This document shows, piece by piece, positions 1 through 13,227 of a DNA stretch of 64,000 nucleotides. This DNA comes from Squalus acanthias. Its lineage: Eukaryota. The stretch spans positions 21,578,001-21,642,000 of the forward strand of contig CM059432.1 in the NCBI GenBank assembly GCA_030390025.1, written 5' to 3'. Under the pieces are notes generated by a model. The model was not told the origin of the DNA. It did not search any database and was given only the letters and a program-made list of their open reading frames with translations. The position numbers and the translations under genes are program-made. Position 1 is the stretch's first letter; every line of letters starts with the position of its first letter.

Positions 1-380
1 GTCTGTTCAACTCAGGTGGGAACCTCATGAATTCAGATGTCTTATGGCATACATAGGACCCCAAAGCTATTTTAACAGCCTACTGTTCAGAGCATCCATT
101 GCTGATGAACATCGACAAACGTGTGACATAACTTGAGCAAAGTTGCCCAAATATAGTGTACCTCAAGAAGCTGTTCTGGTTTGCATTGAATATAATGTAA
201 CTACAATTAGTGTAAAACTTTATGAAGTCCCCAGAAGGTCCATCTGATTGTAGGAGAAATGCCAGAAGAATCATCTTTAATTTGTCCTCAAAATGGAGGC
301 ATTAGTCAGAATGAATGCTACGAACATTAAGAAATCCTGCCATATCTGGACTTGTGTGCAACCCCTTTGCTACCAAAAAC

Positions 381-1160
381 CTGTCAACAAGGGCAGACGT
401 CGATGACAAAGTCCAACACCGCCTTCAATGTGCCAGTGCAGCCTTCGGTCACCTGAGGAAGAGAGAGTTTGAAGACCAGGACCTCAAACCCAGCACCAAG
501 CTCATGGTCTACAGAGCAGTAGTGATACCCGCCCTCCTGTATGCTTCAGAGACATGGACCATGTACAGCATGCACCTCAAAGCACTGGAGAGGTACCACC
601 AACACTGCCTCCGCAAGATCCTGCAAATCCATTGGCAGGATAGGTGCACCAACGTCAGTGTTCTCGCTCAGGCCAACATCCCCAGCATCGAAGCTTTGAC
701 CACGCTTGATCAGCTCCGATGGACGGGCCACATCGTCCACATGTCCGATACGAGACTCCCAAAACAAGCACCCTATTCGGAGCTCCGACATGGCAAGAGA
801 GCCCTAGGTGGGCAGTGGAAACGCTTCAAGGACACCCTCAAAGCCTCCTTGAAAAAGTGCAACTTCCCCACCGACACTTGGGAATCCCTGGCCCAAGACC
901 GCACAAAGTGGAGGAGAAGCATCCGGAAAGGCGCCGAACACCTCGAGTCTCTTCGCTGGGAGCAAGCGGAAGCCAAGCGCAAACAGCGGAGGGAGTGCAC
1001 GTCATCCCAAGCACCCCACCCACCCGCCCCTTCAACCACCGTCTGCCCCACCTGTGACAGAGACTGTAGGTCCCGCATTGGACTCATCAGTCACCTGAGA
1101 ACTCATTTTTAGTGTGGAAACAAGTCACCCTTGATTCCGAGGGACTGCCTAAGAGAGACC
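381..1160 (+). mobile_element. RTE-clade LINE, 5'-truncated 3' fragment
   Basis: ORF 315-1112 has RTE C-terminal motifs (TKLMVYRAVVIPALLYASETW, QLRWTGHI, C2H2 finger CPTC...GLISHLRTH); near-identical to the 3' part of the element at 46100-50415. Confidence 0.92.
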
Positions 1161-1477
1161 AAAGACCTGAGATGCTATGGAGTAAATAAGCAACCTAGCA
1201 TGTCAAGGTGCTGGTGCTTCATTGATTTGGTGGCCATCAGAGGTACCAACATGGCTGTGTGAGCTGATTGAGATCGGAAGGGCTAAACTCTTCTAACACA
1301 CATGTCACTCAGATTGGTCAATAGAATTGAGAAGGTGTCCTTGGAAATTAAGGATATATAAGACAGTGTTTTTGAAAATAAAGTTTTCATTCTTCAGTCC
1401 TCAGTCCTTAATTCTTAGTTTAGTTCTTTTAGTAGTTTTTGTAGTAGTCTTTGCAGTAGAAGGTGTAGGAGTTCTTT

Positions 1478-2360
1478 GGACTAGAAATTTGGTGCATTAA
1501 AACCTCTTGTTAGTGCCCTTGGGGGCGCTAATGGGGTGCAAATGACTTTTCGCCTGGGCGTGGCGTCACTAAATTCAACGGGAGTTTAGCAGCGGCGGTA
1601 ACCGGTAGTGCCCCGCTCCGCTACGTAGGCGATGACAGCGACCGATTCAGGGGCTGGGAACGGAGCGGCAGGAGGCTCGCGGGGCGGTAAGTAAAGGGGA
1701 GGTGGCAGGCGGGGGGGATAAAAAACAATTGGCCGACTTACTTGTCCATTGCGCCTTTGAACGTGGGGTCTGACATGAATCTTGTCATTCATGTATGAAG
1801 TAATTCTGGGCGGCCTGCTGGTGGCGCTGTCCAGGGAGAGTATAAATACTCGGGCATGGACCCAGCTTGCTTAGGACATTCCTCAACAGGAACTAGTAAA
1901 GGACACAACTAGATCTCCATGTTGAAAAACAGTTGATTAAAGCTTTGTTTAACGCTCAGACCGAGTGCCTAGTAGTTTTCTTACGTCAAAGTCCATGCTG
2001 CGATCTGGCAGCCCGGTGTTCCTCTTGAATGCCGGGCTGCTGGCACAGTAACCCACTCCACGGTGGTCCAGGTAGGTCCTTGCAGAGTTGTGGACTTGGG
2101 CCCTCCCCTTGAATGAGGGGAGGAGCCCTTCCATGTGGCAGCGCTACATGGCCCAGTGCCTAGCGCAGCAGAACGCACCGCCCCAATATTCGGGGTTAGC
2201 GCTCTAAGAAGGAAGTGGAGTGCTTGAATTAGCGCTCCACCTTCCTCTTGGGGCGCTAAAACTAAAGCTAGCACTTACCGGCGCTATTTTTCGCCAGGTA
2301 CTAAATTTAGCCCCCAGGCAATGTTAGCGACCCAAAATGGTCACGAACAATTTTTTCCCC
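1478..2360. mobile_element. Non-autonomous TIR element (Harbinger-like MITE, GGCGC-rich family)
   Basis: Imperfect TIRs GGACTAGAAATT / AATTTTTTCCCC; TTT on both flanks; subterminal similarity to 11320-11880 and 61676-62562. Confidence 0.7.
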
Positions 2361-3137
2361 TTTGTCTGTTATATGTAGAAGAATATCTCCGTAAAATCGG
2401 AAAGTGCATCTCCGCCAGAGAGAGAGAGAGATCAGAAGTTAAGATTGTATGTTTATACCAGTCACATGCATACAGATTTAAGTGTGTCTCTTCAACGTAT
2501 AAGTTTCCCTGAGATCAAGGAAGGTGAGATTTAAGCCAATTAGTCCAGATACAGCCACCAGTGTGGAAGGTGAATTTACCCAGGAGCAGAGGATCCAGGA
2601 AGAATGGATAGCATACAGACAGAGGTTCACCACTCTGAAGTCTCAGAAAGCTAACACCATCGACCCAGAGGTAGGCGCTACAACCAGTTCATCCATGATT
2701 GCTGATAAGGATGAAGATTGTATTCGTTCTGGAAACATTGTTAATTACAAGCATATAGACTTCAATATATCCAACAGACTGGCTATCTAATGCTATTAAC
2801 TTGTCAGCTATCTAAAGAATCTCATTCTAAATTAATCTCAGCAATCTTTATCAATCTCAGATACTGATGTCAACTGTAAATTTCTAATCAGCAAGCAATT
2901 AATGCCAAATTACTGTAACATAACTGAATTGCCTTTGTAACACCTTTATTTATTCTGTCAATTAACTCTATCTCCCAATTATTTGTTTAAGTTTAAATGC
3001 TGCTAAATATAAGTTTAAGGTTAATAAACAATTGTTCATGATTTTATTGTCTGACTTCTTCTTTGATAGTTAGCAAGAAAGGATTAATTCATTCTCTCAA
3101 TAGCTTGTGTGGATTCTAATTGGAGTTTGGTTTTGTA

Positions 3138-4389
3138 AATCATAGAATCATGGAAATTTAAGGCACAGAAGGAGGCCATTCAGCCCATTGTGTCTGTCCC
3201 GGCCAAAAAAGAGCTATCCAGCCTAATCCCACTTTCCAGCTCCTGGTCTGTAGCCTTGCAGGTTACGGCACTTCAAGTGCATATCCAAGTACCTCTCAAA
3301 TGTGATGAGGGTTTCTGCCTCTACCACCCTTTCAGGCAGTGCATTCCAGACCCCCACCACCCTCTGGGTGAAAAACATTCTCCTAAATTCCCCTCTTTAA
3401 ATCTATACCCCCTGGTTATTGACCTCGCTGCTAAGGGAAATAGATACACTCTATCTAGGCCCCTCATAATTTCATACACCTCAATTAAATCTCCCCTCAG
3501 CCTCCTCTGTTCCAAAGAAAACAACCCCAGCCTATCCAATCTTTCCTCATAGCTAAAATTCTCCAGTCCTGGCAACATCCTCGTAAATCTCCTCTGTACC
3601 CTCTCTAGTGCAATCACATCTTTCCTGTAATGTGGTGACCAGAACTGTACACAGTACTCTAGCTGTGGCCTAACTAGTGTTTTATACAGTTCTAGCATAA
3701 CCTCCCCACTCTTATATTCTATGCCTTGGCTAATAAAGAAAACTATCCTGTATGCCTTCTTAACCGCCTTATCTACCTGTCCTGCTACCTTCAGGGATAT
3801 GTGGACATGCACTCCAAGGTCCCTCTGTTCTTCTACACTTCATAGTAACCTACCATTTATTGTGTTTTCCCTTGCCTTGCTAGCTCTCCCCAAATGCATT
3901 ACCTCACACTTCTCCAGAATGAATTCCATTTGCCACTTTTCTGTCCACCTGACCAGTCCATTGACATTTTCCTGCAGCCTGCAGCTTTCTTCCTCACTAA
4001 CAACCACACGGCCAACTTTTGTATCATCTGCAAACTTCTTAATGATGCCCCTTACATTGAAGTCTAAATCATTGATATATATCACAAAAAACAAGAGATC
4101 TACTCCTGAGCCCTGCGGAACCCCACTGGAAACAGCCTTCTAGTCACAAAAACACCCGTTAACCATTATCCTTTGCTTCCTGCCACTGAGCCAATTTTGG
4201 ATCCAATTGCTACTTTCCCTTGGATCCCATGGGCTTTTACTTTTCTGATCAGTCTGCCATGTGGGACCTTGTCAAAAGCTTTGCTAAAATCCATGTAGAC
4301 TACATCAAACACATCATCGACCCTCCTTGTTACCTCCTCAAAAAATTCAATCAAGTCAGTCAGACACGACCTTCCCTTAACAAATCCAT
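3138..4389 (-). mobile_element. CR1 LINE fragment (RT C-terminal half and 3' UTR)
   Basis: Minus-strand ORFs with YMDFSKAFDKVPH, YINDLD..KFADDTK, LVRPQLEYCVQFWSP; (ATTCTATG)-type tail near 3140. Confidence 0.92.
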
Positions 4390-4589
4390 AAAATACTAAT
4401 ATAATCTGAATTAATTGATGGAAGATAGTTCGATGATGCTAATAGACACGATGGGTTGAATGGCCTCGTTGTGTGCTGTAAATTTCTATGATTCTATGAT
4501 GAGTCAAATTTAGGCATCATTCACTGCTAGGCATAGACTGGGTGATAAACCCCAGATGATTCCTTGATGAGAAATTAAGGTGAAGGGGT

Positions 4590-4905
4590 AAAGGATCTGT
4601 CTGGTGCCCTTAATTCTGGCTTCTTCAACATCCCCGATTTTAACCGCTCCACCATTGGTGGCCGCGCCTTCAGCTGCCAAGGCCCTAAGCTCTGGAATTC
4701 GTTCCCTAAACCTCTCCGCCTCGCTACCTCTTTCCTCCTTTAAGACGCTCCTTAAAACCTACCTCTTTGACCAAGCTTTTGGTCATCTGCCCTAATATCT
4801 CCTGACGTGGCTCAGTGTCAAATTTTGTTTCTAATGCCCCTGTGAAGCACCGTGGGTCGTTTTACTACGTTAAAGGCGCTATATAAATTCAGGTTGATGT
4901 TGTTA
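4590..4905 (+). mobile_element. L2 LINE 3' end
   Basis: CCTAAGCTCTGGAATTC...CTCCTTAAAACCTACCTCTTTGACCAAGCTTTTGG and AAAGGCGCTATATAAAT tail; matches the L2 copies at 32640 and 59660. Confidence 0.75.
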
Positions 4906-5504
4906 ATGAATATTCTTGTCAGGGCCTCGATCCCAATGATCTTACCCTGGACTTTTTAAACTTCATTTTTTAGTGCTATCTGACTCACAACTGTCCTGTT
5001 AGTTTGGAAGGGAATTTCGCTGCCAGTGCTAGGGTTCTGAGCATGATTGATTTTATCGAGCTGCATGGAGCCATGAGTATAACACGTGTATGCTCTTAAC
5101 ACATACTGGTAACAAACTGAATATTTAACAGCACCTGACATACAAGGTAAAGGTTGCTAGTGTAATAGAGCTGAACAACTGTGCACATTCAAGCAGTAAA
5201 TGCATTTTAATTCATACAGCAGACAAAATGTGATTTTGAAAAGTAACATCCCTTTCTGTGCCCTCCAGTCATCTGACTCTGGCCTTCTGTGCATCCCCAC
5301 TCTGCCTCTTTACCTCCCTTCTCACCTTTAAAAACTTCTGAAAACCCTATCCTTTGATCCAGCTTTTTGTAACCTCTCCTGACCTTTCTACAAAGGCACA
5401 GCATCCACTACCTTGCTCCTCTGTGAAGTGCCTTGAGAATTTTTCTACGTTAAAGAAGATATATAAGTGCAGTTTGTTGTTTTCTTCTTTGTCTTCACAT
5501 AATT

Positions 5505-5960
5505 ATTCATTCCTGGGATGTGGGCATCACTGGTTAGACTGGCATTTATTGCCCATCCCTAGCTTCCCTTGAGGAGGTGGTGGTGGAGCTTTTTCTTGAA
5601 CCGCTGCAGTCTGTGTGGTGAAGGCACTCCCACATTTTGACCCAGCGAGGATGAAGGAATGGCGATATATGTCAAAGTCAGGATTGTGTATGACTTGGAG
5701 GGGAACTTGGACATGATGGTGTTCCTGTACACCTACTGCCCTTGTCCTTCTAAGTGGTGGAGGTTGCGGGTTTAGGAGGTGCTGCCGAAGAATCCTTGAT
5801 GAGTTGCTGCAGTGCATCCTGTAGATAGTGCAGCCATGGTAAGCCAGTAGTGGAGGGAGTGGATGTTTAATCCAGTGTGGGGTGCCGATTAAGTGGACTG
5901 CTTTGTCCTGGATAGTGTCGAGCTGCTTGAGTGTTGTTGGAGCTGCACCTATCCAGATAG
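5505..5960 (-). mobile_element. CR1-group LINE (second family) 3' fragment
   Basis: AAPTTLKQLDTIQDKAVHLIG...TIYRMHC, same family as 52657-57310. Confidence 0.8.
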
Positions 5961-6509
5961 AATGGTTGATGTAGATAATGAAATGCCATAGTAACACAAT
6001 AAGTGTTTCTCTTCTGACTTTGGGCTCTGTTACTTTTGTGCAAAATCAAAGATACTTATCTCTCTAGTTAGTTTATCTAGGAATGCCACGTAGTGACACT
6101 GGGTACAAAAAAAATCCATTCTCTTACACTGTCACCTTGAAAGCATGAAAATTCATCCAGTTAGGAGAAGGAAATATTGTGAGTGACTGATCAGTGAATG
6201 TAGAATAACTGAAAGAAATGATTTTTACAATTAAAAATGTCACCTATTTGCTCCCCTCCTGAAGGTTCTCATCATGCTGCAGACAGTTCCACATCCTTCT
6301 GGTACCCACTCAAGCTGGATCATTTTTCATACGTGAGCTGAGACAGTGAATACTGGCAGGCTATTTAACTACAGAGGCCATTAAAAATAAGCTGTGTTTG
6401 CACGATGTTCACACCTGCGAACTTTTGAGTAAGTGTAAGATGGGAAAAAAAATGTGCTGGGAAACCTGAAATGGAAACAGAAATGGGTTTTCTGTCAAAA
6501 TTAATTATT

Positions 6510-6950
6510 AGTCGTGGTTCAATGGTGGCCTCTGAGTTAGAAGATTGTGGGATAAAGCCCCGCTCAATAGATTTGAGCTCAAGAGATTTGAGCACACGAT
6601 CTAGGTTGAAATCTCAGTGCAGTACAGAGGGAGTGCTGTCTTTTGGATGAGACATTAAACCGAGGCCCCGTCTGCCCTCTCATGTGAACGTAACAGATCC
6701 CATGGCACTTTTTCAAAGAAGAGCAGGGAAGCACTCCCAATATCTTGCCAATATTTATCCCTCAACCAACACCACTGAAACAGAATATCTGGTGATTGCC
6801 ACGTTGCTTATTGTGGGACCTTTCTGTACGTGAATTGTTTCCTATATTACAAGAGTGGCTACTCTTCAAAAGTACTTAATTGGCTGTAAAGCGCTTTGGG
6901 ATGTCCTGAGGTCATGAAAGGCGCTGTACAAACGCAATTCTTTTTTTCTT
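6510..6950 (+). mobile_element. tRNA-derived SINE with Deu-like central domain and L2-type tail
   Basis: Core TTAAACCGAGG...AGATCCCATGGCACT...AATATTTATCCCTCAACCAAC and tail AAGTACTTAATTGGCTGTAAAGCGCTTTGGG; other copies at 51460 (-) and 52303 (+). Confidence 0.75.
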
Positions 6951-7224
6951 TTAAATGGACTGCGGGTTCATCAGCATCTGTAAAGAGTAAAGGGTGAATG
7001 GAGAACCCTCCTTCAGACCTCGCACAAAAAGTCAACCTAGCCTGTTTACAGGTGCTGATGGTCTGTCACATATTTCTAGCATTTTCTACTTTCATTCCAG
7101 AAGGGGTCACTTTGATTGAGACCAGTAGTCGGAACCCTGGCTGATAGCGCTCCTTCCAGATATGGGGACACTGAGGTCAACTGCTGTACTCGTACTGTCA
7201 CCCTGTTTGAGATCAGCGAAATCA

Positions 7225-8295
7225 AGTCAGAGGCTGGGTATTCTGCGGTGAGTGTCTCACCTCCTGACTCCCCAAAGCCTTTCCACCATCTACAAGGCAC
7301 AAGTAAGGAGTGTGATGGAATACTCTCCACTTGCCTGGATGAGTGCAGCTCCAACAACACTCAAGAAGCTCAACACCATGCCAGGACAAAGCAGCCCGCT
7401 TGATTGGCACCCCACCCACCACCTTAAACATTCTTATTGAAACATATAAGATTCTGAAGGGGCTTGACAGGGTAGATGCAGAGAGGATGTTTCCCCTCGT
7501 GGGGGAATCTAGAACTAGGGAGCATAATTTCAGAATAAGGGGGCACCCATTTAAATCGGAAATGAGGAGGAATTTTTTATCTCAGAGGGTCGTGAATCTT
7601 TGGAATTCTCTTCCCCAGAGAGCTGTGGAGGTTGGGTCATTGAACATATTTAAGGTGGAAATAGACAGATATTTGAAAGGTAAGGGAGTCAAGGGTTATG
7701 GGGAGCGGGCAGGGAAGTGGAGTTGAGGCCAAGATCAGATCAGCCATGATCTTATTGAATGGTGGAGCAGGCTAGAGGGGCCAAATGACCTACTCCTGCT
7801 CCTACGTCTTATGTCTTATGTCTTATGTCTATTCACTCCCTCCACCACTGGCGTACCGTGGCTGCAGTGTGTACCATCTACAAGATGCACTGCAGCAACT
7901 CGCCAAGGCTTCCTCGGCAGCACCTCCCAAACCGGCAACCTCTTCCACCTAGCAGGACAAGGGCAGCAGGCGCATGGGAACACCACCACCTCCAAGTTCC
8001 CCTCCAAGTCACATACCATCCTGACTTAGAAACATAGAAGATAGGAGCAGGAGTAGGCCATTCAGCCCCTCGAGCCTGCTCCGCCATTCAATGCAATCAT
8101 GGCTGATCAGTTGGAAATATATCGCTGATCCTTCATCGTCGGTGGGTCAAAATCCTAGAACTCCCTCCCTAACCTTCACCACACGGACTGCAGCGGTTCA
8201 AGAAGGCGGCTCACCACCACCTTCTCAAGGGCAATTAAGGATGGGCAATAAATACTGGCCTTGCCAGTGACACCCACATCCCATAAAAGGAATAA
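7225..8295 (+). mobile_element. Second-family CR1-group LINE 3' end interrupted by a CR1 3' fragment (~7436-7828) and a short CR1 tail (~8028-8110)
   Basis: HLLTPQSLSTIYKAQVRSVMEY resumes as IHSLHHWRTVAAVCTIYKMHC after the CR1 piece IETYKILKGLDRVD...VVNLWNSLP. Confidence 0.85.
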
Positions 8296-8924
8296 AAGAA
8301 AAATACCCAAAGTCCAAATAGAGGACCTTTTTGATTTGTGTGGGTCACTGGGTGGCGCTTGCACCCATCGTGGCACGATCCCTAAAGAGACAGCCTTGAT
8401 GCTGAAAGAGATGACTAACAATCGTTTTACACAGTCTTTAAACATATTAAGTAGAAAAACTGCAGTATTCTTAATATAATTACCTACCAAAACTGGAACA
8501 GGAGGAGAAACATTGTCAGGTCAAATTTTCAAGCTATATAATTAGTTTTTGATTGATTGGCTATTTTAATCTCCTCAAAATCATGGATGAACAAGCGCTG
8601 TCATATACCAATGATTTTATGTCAGTTGCCTGACCAATTTTAGGAATTCTGATCAGCTAATCTTTGCCTTGTGTAGCATAATTTCCATTAGTGTTCAGGA
8701 TGTTTTTATCTACTTAATCCTCAAACCTCCCACCTCCGTCATTAAGTTTATTTTTGACACGTTCTGTAATAATAAGTGAATCACACAGTTATAAGGAAAA
8801 TTGGGCTGCAAGTCAGATAAAGTTTCAGAATAAACTTGCAACATGCACAGGGGGTAGTTATTTCTTTGGGGAGCTCCGGCATTAAGATTGCTAATTGTGG
8901 CGGAACAGTTATTTGTTATTTGTA

Positions 8925-9755
8925 GGGGGTGATTTTGCCAATGGGGACGTGGTGGAGGCGGGACTGCTGCTTGTCGGGTTTTAGTCCCGCCTCCATCGAC
9001 GTCTGGCCAACCCACGCTATTTTCCCTTGATTGACCTTGTTAAGCCCGCCCAGCGGGCTTAGCAGGCCAATTAAGGGAAAGCCGGTTACTGGTGACGTCA
9101 GCGAGTGACGTTTCATCTGTCAAGAGCTTTTGACAGATGAATTGTCATTGTTTGAGAGCTCTGTGAAGCTGTCAAACACTGACAATCTGTCCTCTAAGTT
9201 GAGACTTGGGACACAGGCTTACTTAGAGATCTCTCTTGAACAGAAAGCAGAAGGCTGATGCATTTGAGAATGCAGCGGCCATTCTGCTTTCTCTGCCAGT
9301 GAGATGAGGGACTCCCGAGACCTGAAGAGTTGAAGCCTGGAAGAAGAAGCAAAGGTAAGTAAAGCTTTAAAACACTTAAGACTCACCTCACACACTTACC
9401 TCTGCACACATGCACCCATCACTCACCTGCACCATCTCAGCCCCTCCGACCCCCGCAGACCCAGGGCTCGCCTCGCTGACCCTGGGAGGTTTGGAGCCAT
9501 CGGGAAGCCCACACGTTAGGTGGCTAATTAGGGATTATCCAAAAAACTGCCTGTTTACTACCTGTTAACAGGCAGTTAATTGGCACTAATCCCCTTCCCG
9601 CCTCGAGGAGATGGCTCCCAGCGCGGGTTGGGTACCCGCCTCCTGGGAAGATGGCACGGAGGCGGGTTCGGATGGGTACCCGCCCCCAGATTCTGCCATT
9701 TTCCCGGCAGTCCCGTCTCCATACCAGCCTCCCCAGGGCTGGCAAAATCGTCCCC
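8925..9755. mobile_element. Harbinger-family MITE
   Basis: TIRs GGGGGTGATTTTGCCA / TGGCAAAATCGTCCCC; flanks GTA/GAA; inverted homologue at 54701-55552. Confidence 0.8.
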
Positions 9756-10016
9756 GAATCGTGTATGCATTTGGAATGGTTCTCTCACAATGGACTGGAG
9801 CTTTCTGGAAAAATAATGGCATGTTAACGACACACAATGTTATGAATGTAGAATCATAGAATCATAGAATGGTTACAGCACGGAAGGAGGCCATTCGGCC
9901 CATTGAGATCGTGCCGACTCTCTGTAAGAGCACTTCAGCTAGTCCCACTCCCCCGTCCTTTCCTCGTAGCCCTGCAAATTTTTATCCTTCAGGTGTCCAA
10001 ACTTCTTTCCTTCAGG

Positions 10017-10707
10017 TGTGCAAATCAGCCAGCATGGGATTAAGAGATACGCCGTGAGTTGCGTATCCCACTTGCTGGTCGATTTATGCATCCGTCATTT
10101 TCTTCGCACAAACAGCATCTCGCCCTTAGCCTCCCTGTTATTCTTAAGAACCTGCTGGATTTGCACATCCATTGACCATTAAACTCACCACAGAAAGTTA
10201 AATCTGCTTATTAACAGCAGAAGTACCTTTCTAACTACGTGATCATTGTTAATGCAGTGCCAATCAAACTCACTGGCCCAGAAATTGAACAATTTAAACT
10301 GTGGAGTCTCATTCCTTCAGGTGGTAAATTGTTCTTAGAGATTGTTTAAATGTCAAATATTTTAATTAATTTTTTTATTAATTTTCCTTTCTGCCTCTTT
10401 TTTCTCTCTCTCTCTTAATCCAATCTTTCTTTCCCTCTCTTTATTCCTCTTTCTGTACCTACTTTGACTCTAATTCACAAATTCTAATCCACCCTCCCTC
10501 TCAGTCCTTCCTCTGTTTCTTTCTCAATCCTTAAATCTGATTGATTAAGGAGATACACTGTTGATCCCAGCATTTACTGAGTTCCCAGATGCCTCTATGT
10601 CCTCACCACGGCATTGTCAGCTCGCACGTCCAACAGGTTACGGCGCAAAAAATGTTTGAGCTGAAGGTTGCAGAAAAAGTCTAACAAGCAGGGCACACCG
10701 CGAGATT
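10017..10707. mobile_element. Truncated non-autonomous TIR element, inverted copy of 12465-13227
   Basis: Colinear reverse-complement similarity (e.g. CTGTGGAGTCTCATTCCTTCA vs TGAAGGAATAAGACTCTACA); TIRs not visible. Confidence 0.65.
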
Positions 10708-11166
10708 GTATTTATGATTTTGCTAAAAATTGCATTCATGATGTTGCTACACATGGTTACCCATTAGCGCAGGTACTGGTGGAGCTCCCTTGGAGCTTCA
10801 GTTGACAAATACATCTCTAGGGGCCAATTGTAACTTAAATGCCAGCGCAGTACTTACAGTCCAGTTGGAGCCTCCTTTGCAGCTGGCGTCATTTTGAAAG
10901 AGGCCCTCCCTAGGGCAGCCCAAGTGCCTGCCTGTTTCAGGTGGTCGGTCCCTTTTTAATATGCAAATTGTACTCGTGGAAATCACTTTACCCTATTCAC
11001 CTCTACCAGTTCTCCTCATAATGTTCTCTGTTCGAGTGAAAAGAACTCCAGTATTTCTAATCTCTCCTCATAACTCAAAGCTCTCATTCCTGGTATCATC
11101 TTGGCACTCTCATCTGCACCCTCTCCATGGCTTTCTTACAGTAAGGTGCCCAAAACTGGATACAAT

Positions 11167-11277
11167 GGGTTGAATTCCTACACAGGTTGCCCCCTATTGT
11201 CCACTTTGGCAGAAGATCCATGAAAACTGCAGAGAAATGACGGATGATCGGAGGAACCCCGACAGAAATTCAACCCC
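11167..11277. mobile_element. 111-bp MITE inside a CR1 fragment
   Basis: TIRs GGGTTGAATTCCT / AGAAATTCAACCCC; AAT duplicated; removal restores CR1-like AACTGGATACAAT|ATTCTA. Confidence 0.75.
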
Positions 11278-11319
11278 AATATTCTAATCGTGACCTAACA
11301 AATAAATTGTAAAGATTTA

Positions 11320-11880
11320 GGGGTAAAAATTCACTTGGTTGCGCCACCCGTTAGCGCCTTAAGAGGGCGCTAATGGGGCGCAAAGCCGCTAACGCCCGGG
11401 CGCAGCGATGTTTGCGCCGCTCGAGAACTTAACTTGAGATTGTGCGGCGGCGCTAAAACTTACCGCTGCGACCACCTGCGCGCGCAGATTGTGACGTCAT
11501 TCCATGGTGCAACGCCCTTGGGGCGCCCCGTAGCGGAAATTGAGTGGCGCCCCCTGCCTTACCGCCTGGCGCTTCCAACGACCAGAAGACTGGAACGCTA
11601 TCAATCGCTGTGGGGCTGGGGGGGGGCGCTATTTAAAGGGGGCCTCTTCCTGTCTTTTATTGTTGGTGGCATTTTTGAACTACGCATTCTGAGAGAGAGA
11701 GGGAGAGACTTCTGGAGAGATTCAACGTTGTGTGAAGGAGTTTTGGGTACTGAGCAGCACTTTGCAGGTTCATTTTGATTTGCCATTCCTTGTATCGATT
11801 TAGCAGAGACCGTGGGAGCTGCACTTTGAGCTCTTTGCCTGGTGCTCTCCATTGTTCTTTCCAGCACATTTGATGTTACT
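11320..11880. mobile_element. GGCGC-rich MITE, one end only
   Basis: Begins GGGGTAAAAATTC; reverse complement of ~62010-62562. Confidence 0.75.
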
Positions 11881-11954
11881 TCTTTGCGTTGATTCATAAG
11901 GCCTTTTATATGCCCTTATTTATAAGACTCGTGATTCCATGTGTTATTTTTTTT

Positions 11955-12450
11955 AAACCAGGGAGGTCCCAGATTTGATCCACAGCCTGTCCTGAATTAG
12001 GTTAGGGTAGTAGGAGTGCCTAAATTAGTCTCTACAATCCTACACTGGGTGTGATTGGGAGGGGGAGGGAGGGGTGGGGGGCTCAGCCAATATTCCTAAT
12101 TTTCACTGCTATTCAGTGACCCTTGCTGCAAAAGGCACGCTTGTGAATCATAGAATCATAGAATGGTTACAGCACAGAAGGAGGCCATTCGGCCCGTCGA
12201 GTCCATGCCAGCTCTCTGCAAGAGCACTTCAGCTAGTCCCACTCCCCCGCCCTTTCCCCATAGCCCCGCAAATTTTTTCCCCTCAGGCTGAGGAGTAGAT
12301 CAGGCCCAGAAGTGATGCTCCCACAGTTTAAATGCCTGTTGACACCTTCAAGACTCACACATGAAGAAGCAGAGGGTAGCCTAAATCATTGGAACCATAT
12401 CCCAGCAAAAGCCATTACCTACAGGGCAGAAGGGGAGAAAATTGGAGGAG
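11955..12450 (+). mobile_element. Old SINE-like repeat split by a CR1 tail (~12147-12285)
   Basis: Motif TATTCAGTGACCCTTGCTG recurs in reverse at ~50470-50490 and ~59220-59240; family uncertain. Confidence 0.45.
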
Positions 12451-12464
12451 AGAAAAAATATATA

Positions 12465-13227
12465 GGGCCAGAACTTGCTGGAGCAGGGCATCTCATGGCG
12501 TATGGCATTCGTTAGATTTTTTCCTGCTCCCTTCAACTCAAAATTTTTTTCGCACCCTAGCTTGCTGGAGGTATGAGCTGATAACGGGGTGGCAAGGGCA
12601 ACGGGACATCTGGGACCTTAGTGAACGGAGGGATCAACAATGTATCCTTAACCAATGAGATTTAAGGATTGAGAAATAAACAGAGAAAGAAGGTGAATTG
12701 GAGTGGGTGAATTAGAGTCAAATCAGGTACAGAAAGAGAAATAAAGAGAGGGAAGGAAAGATTGCATTATGAGAGAGAAAAAAAAGAAACAGAAAGGAAA
12801 AGTAAGAAAAAATATTTTTTTAATTAAAATTTTTACATTTTAAAAATCTCAACAACAAATCACGATATGAAGGAATAAGACTCTACACTTTTAATTGTTC
12901 ACTTTATGGGCCAGAGAGATTGATTGGAAGTCAGTAACATTTATATTGTTAAAAGGGTACTTACGTTATTAATTACTTAACTTTGTGTGGTGAGTTTAAT
13001 GGGCAATTACTATGCAAATACAGCAACTTTATGAAAATCACGGGGAGGTTAAGGACGAGATGCCGTTTTCGTGAAACTAACGTCAGAACGGCACAAATCA
13101 TCCAGCAACCTCTGGTGATTCTCAATTCACGGGGTATCTTTCCTTGCCATAAGTTGCTGGCCAATTTGCACATTAATAACGGCGAGCGTCGTTCACACGC
13201 CGTGATTTTTGCAGCAATATCCAGCCC
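12465..13227. mobile_element. Harbinger-like MITE
   Basis: TIRs GGGCCAGAACTTGCTG / CAGCAATATCCAGCCC; flanks ATA/GAT do not match. Confidence 0.7.

Noticed and set aside
2524..2790. 88-aa ORF in apparently unique DNA
   Set aside because: No recognisable motif or convincing splice context.
10017..13227. Large inverted repeat bounding a composite transposon
   Set aside because: Two diverged, independent copies of one MITE family; no shared outer TSD.
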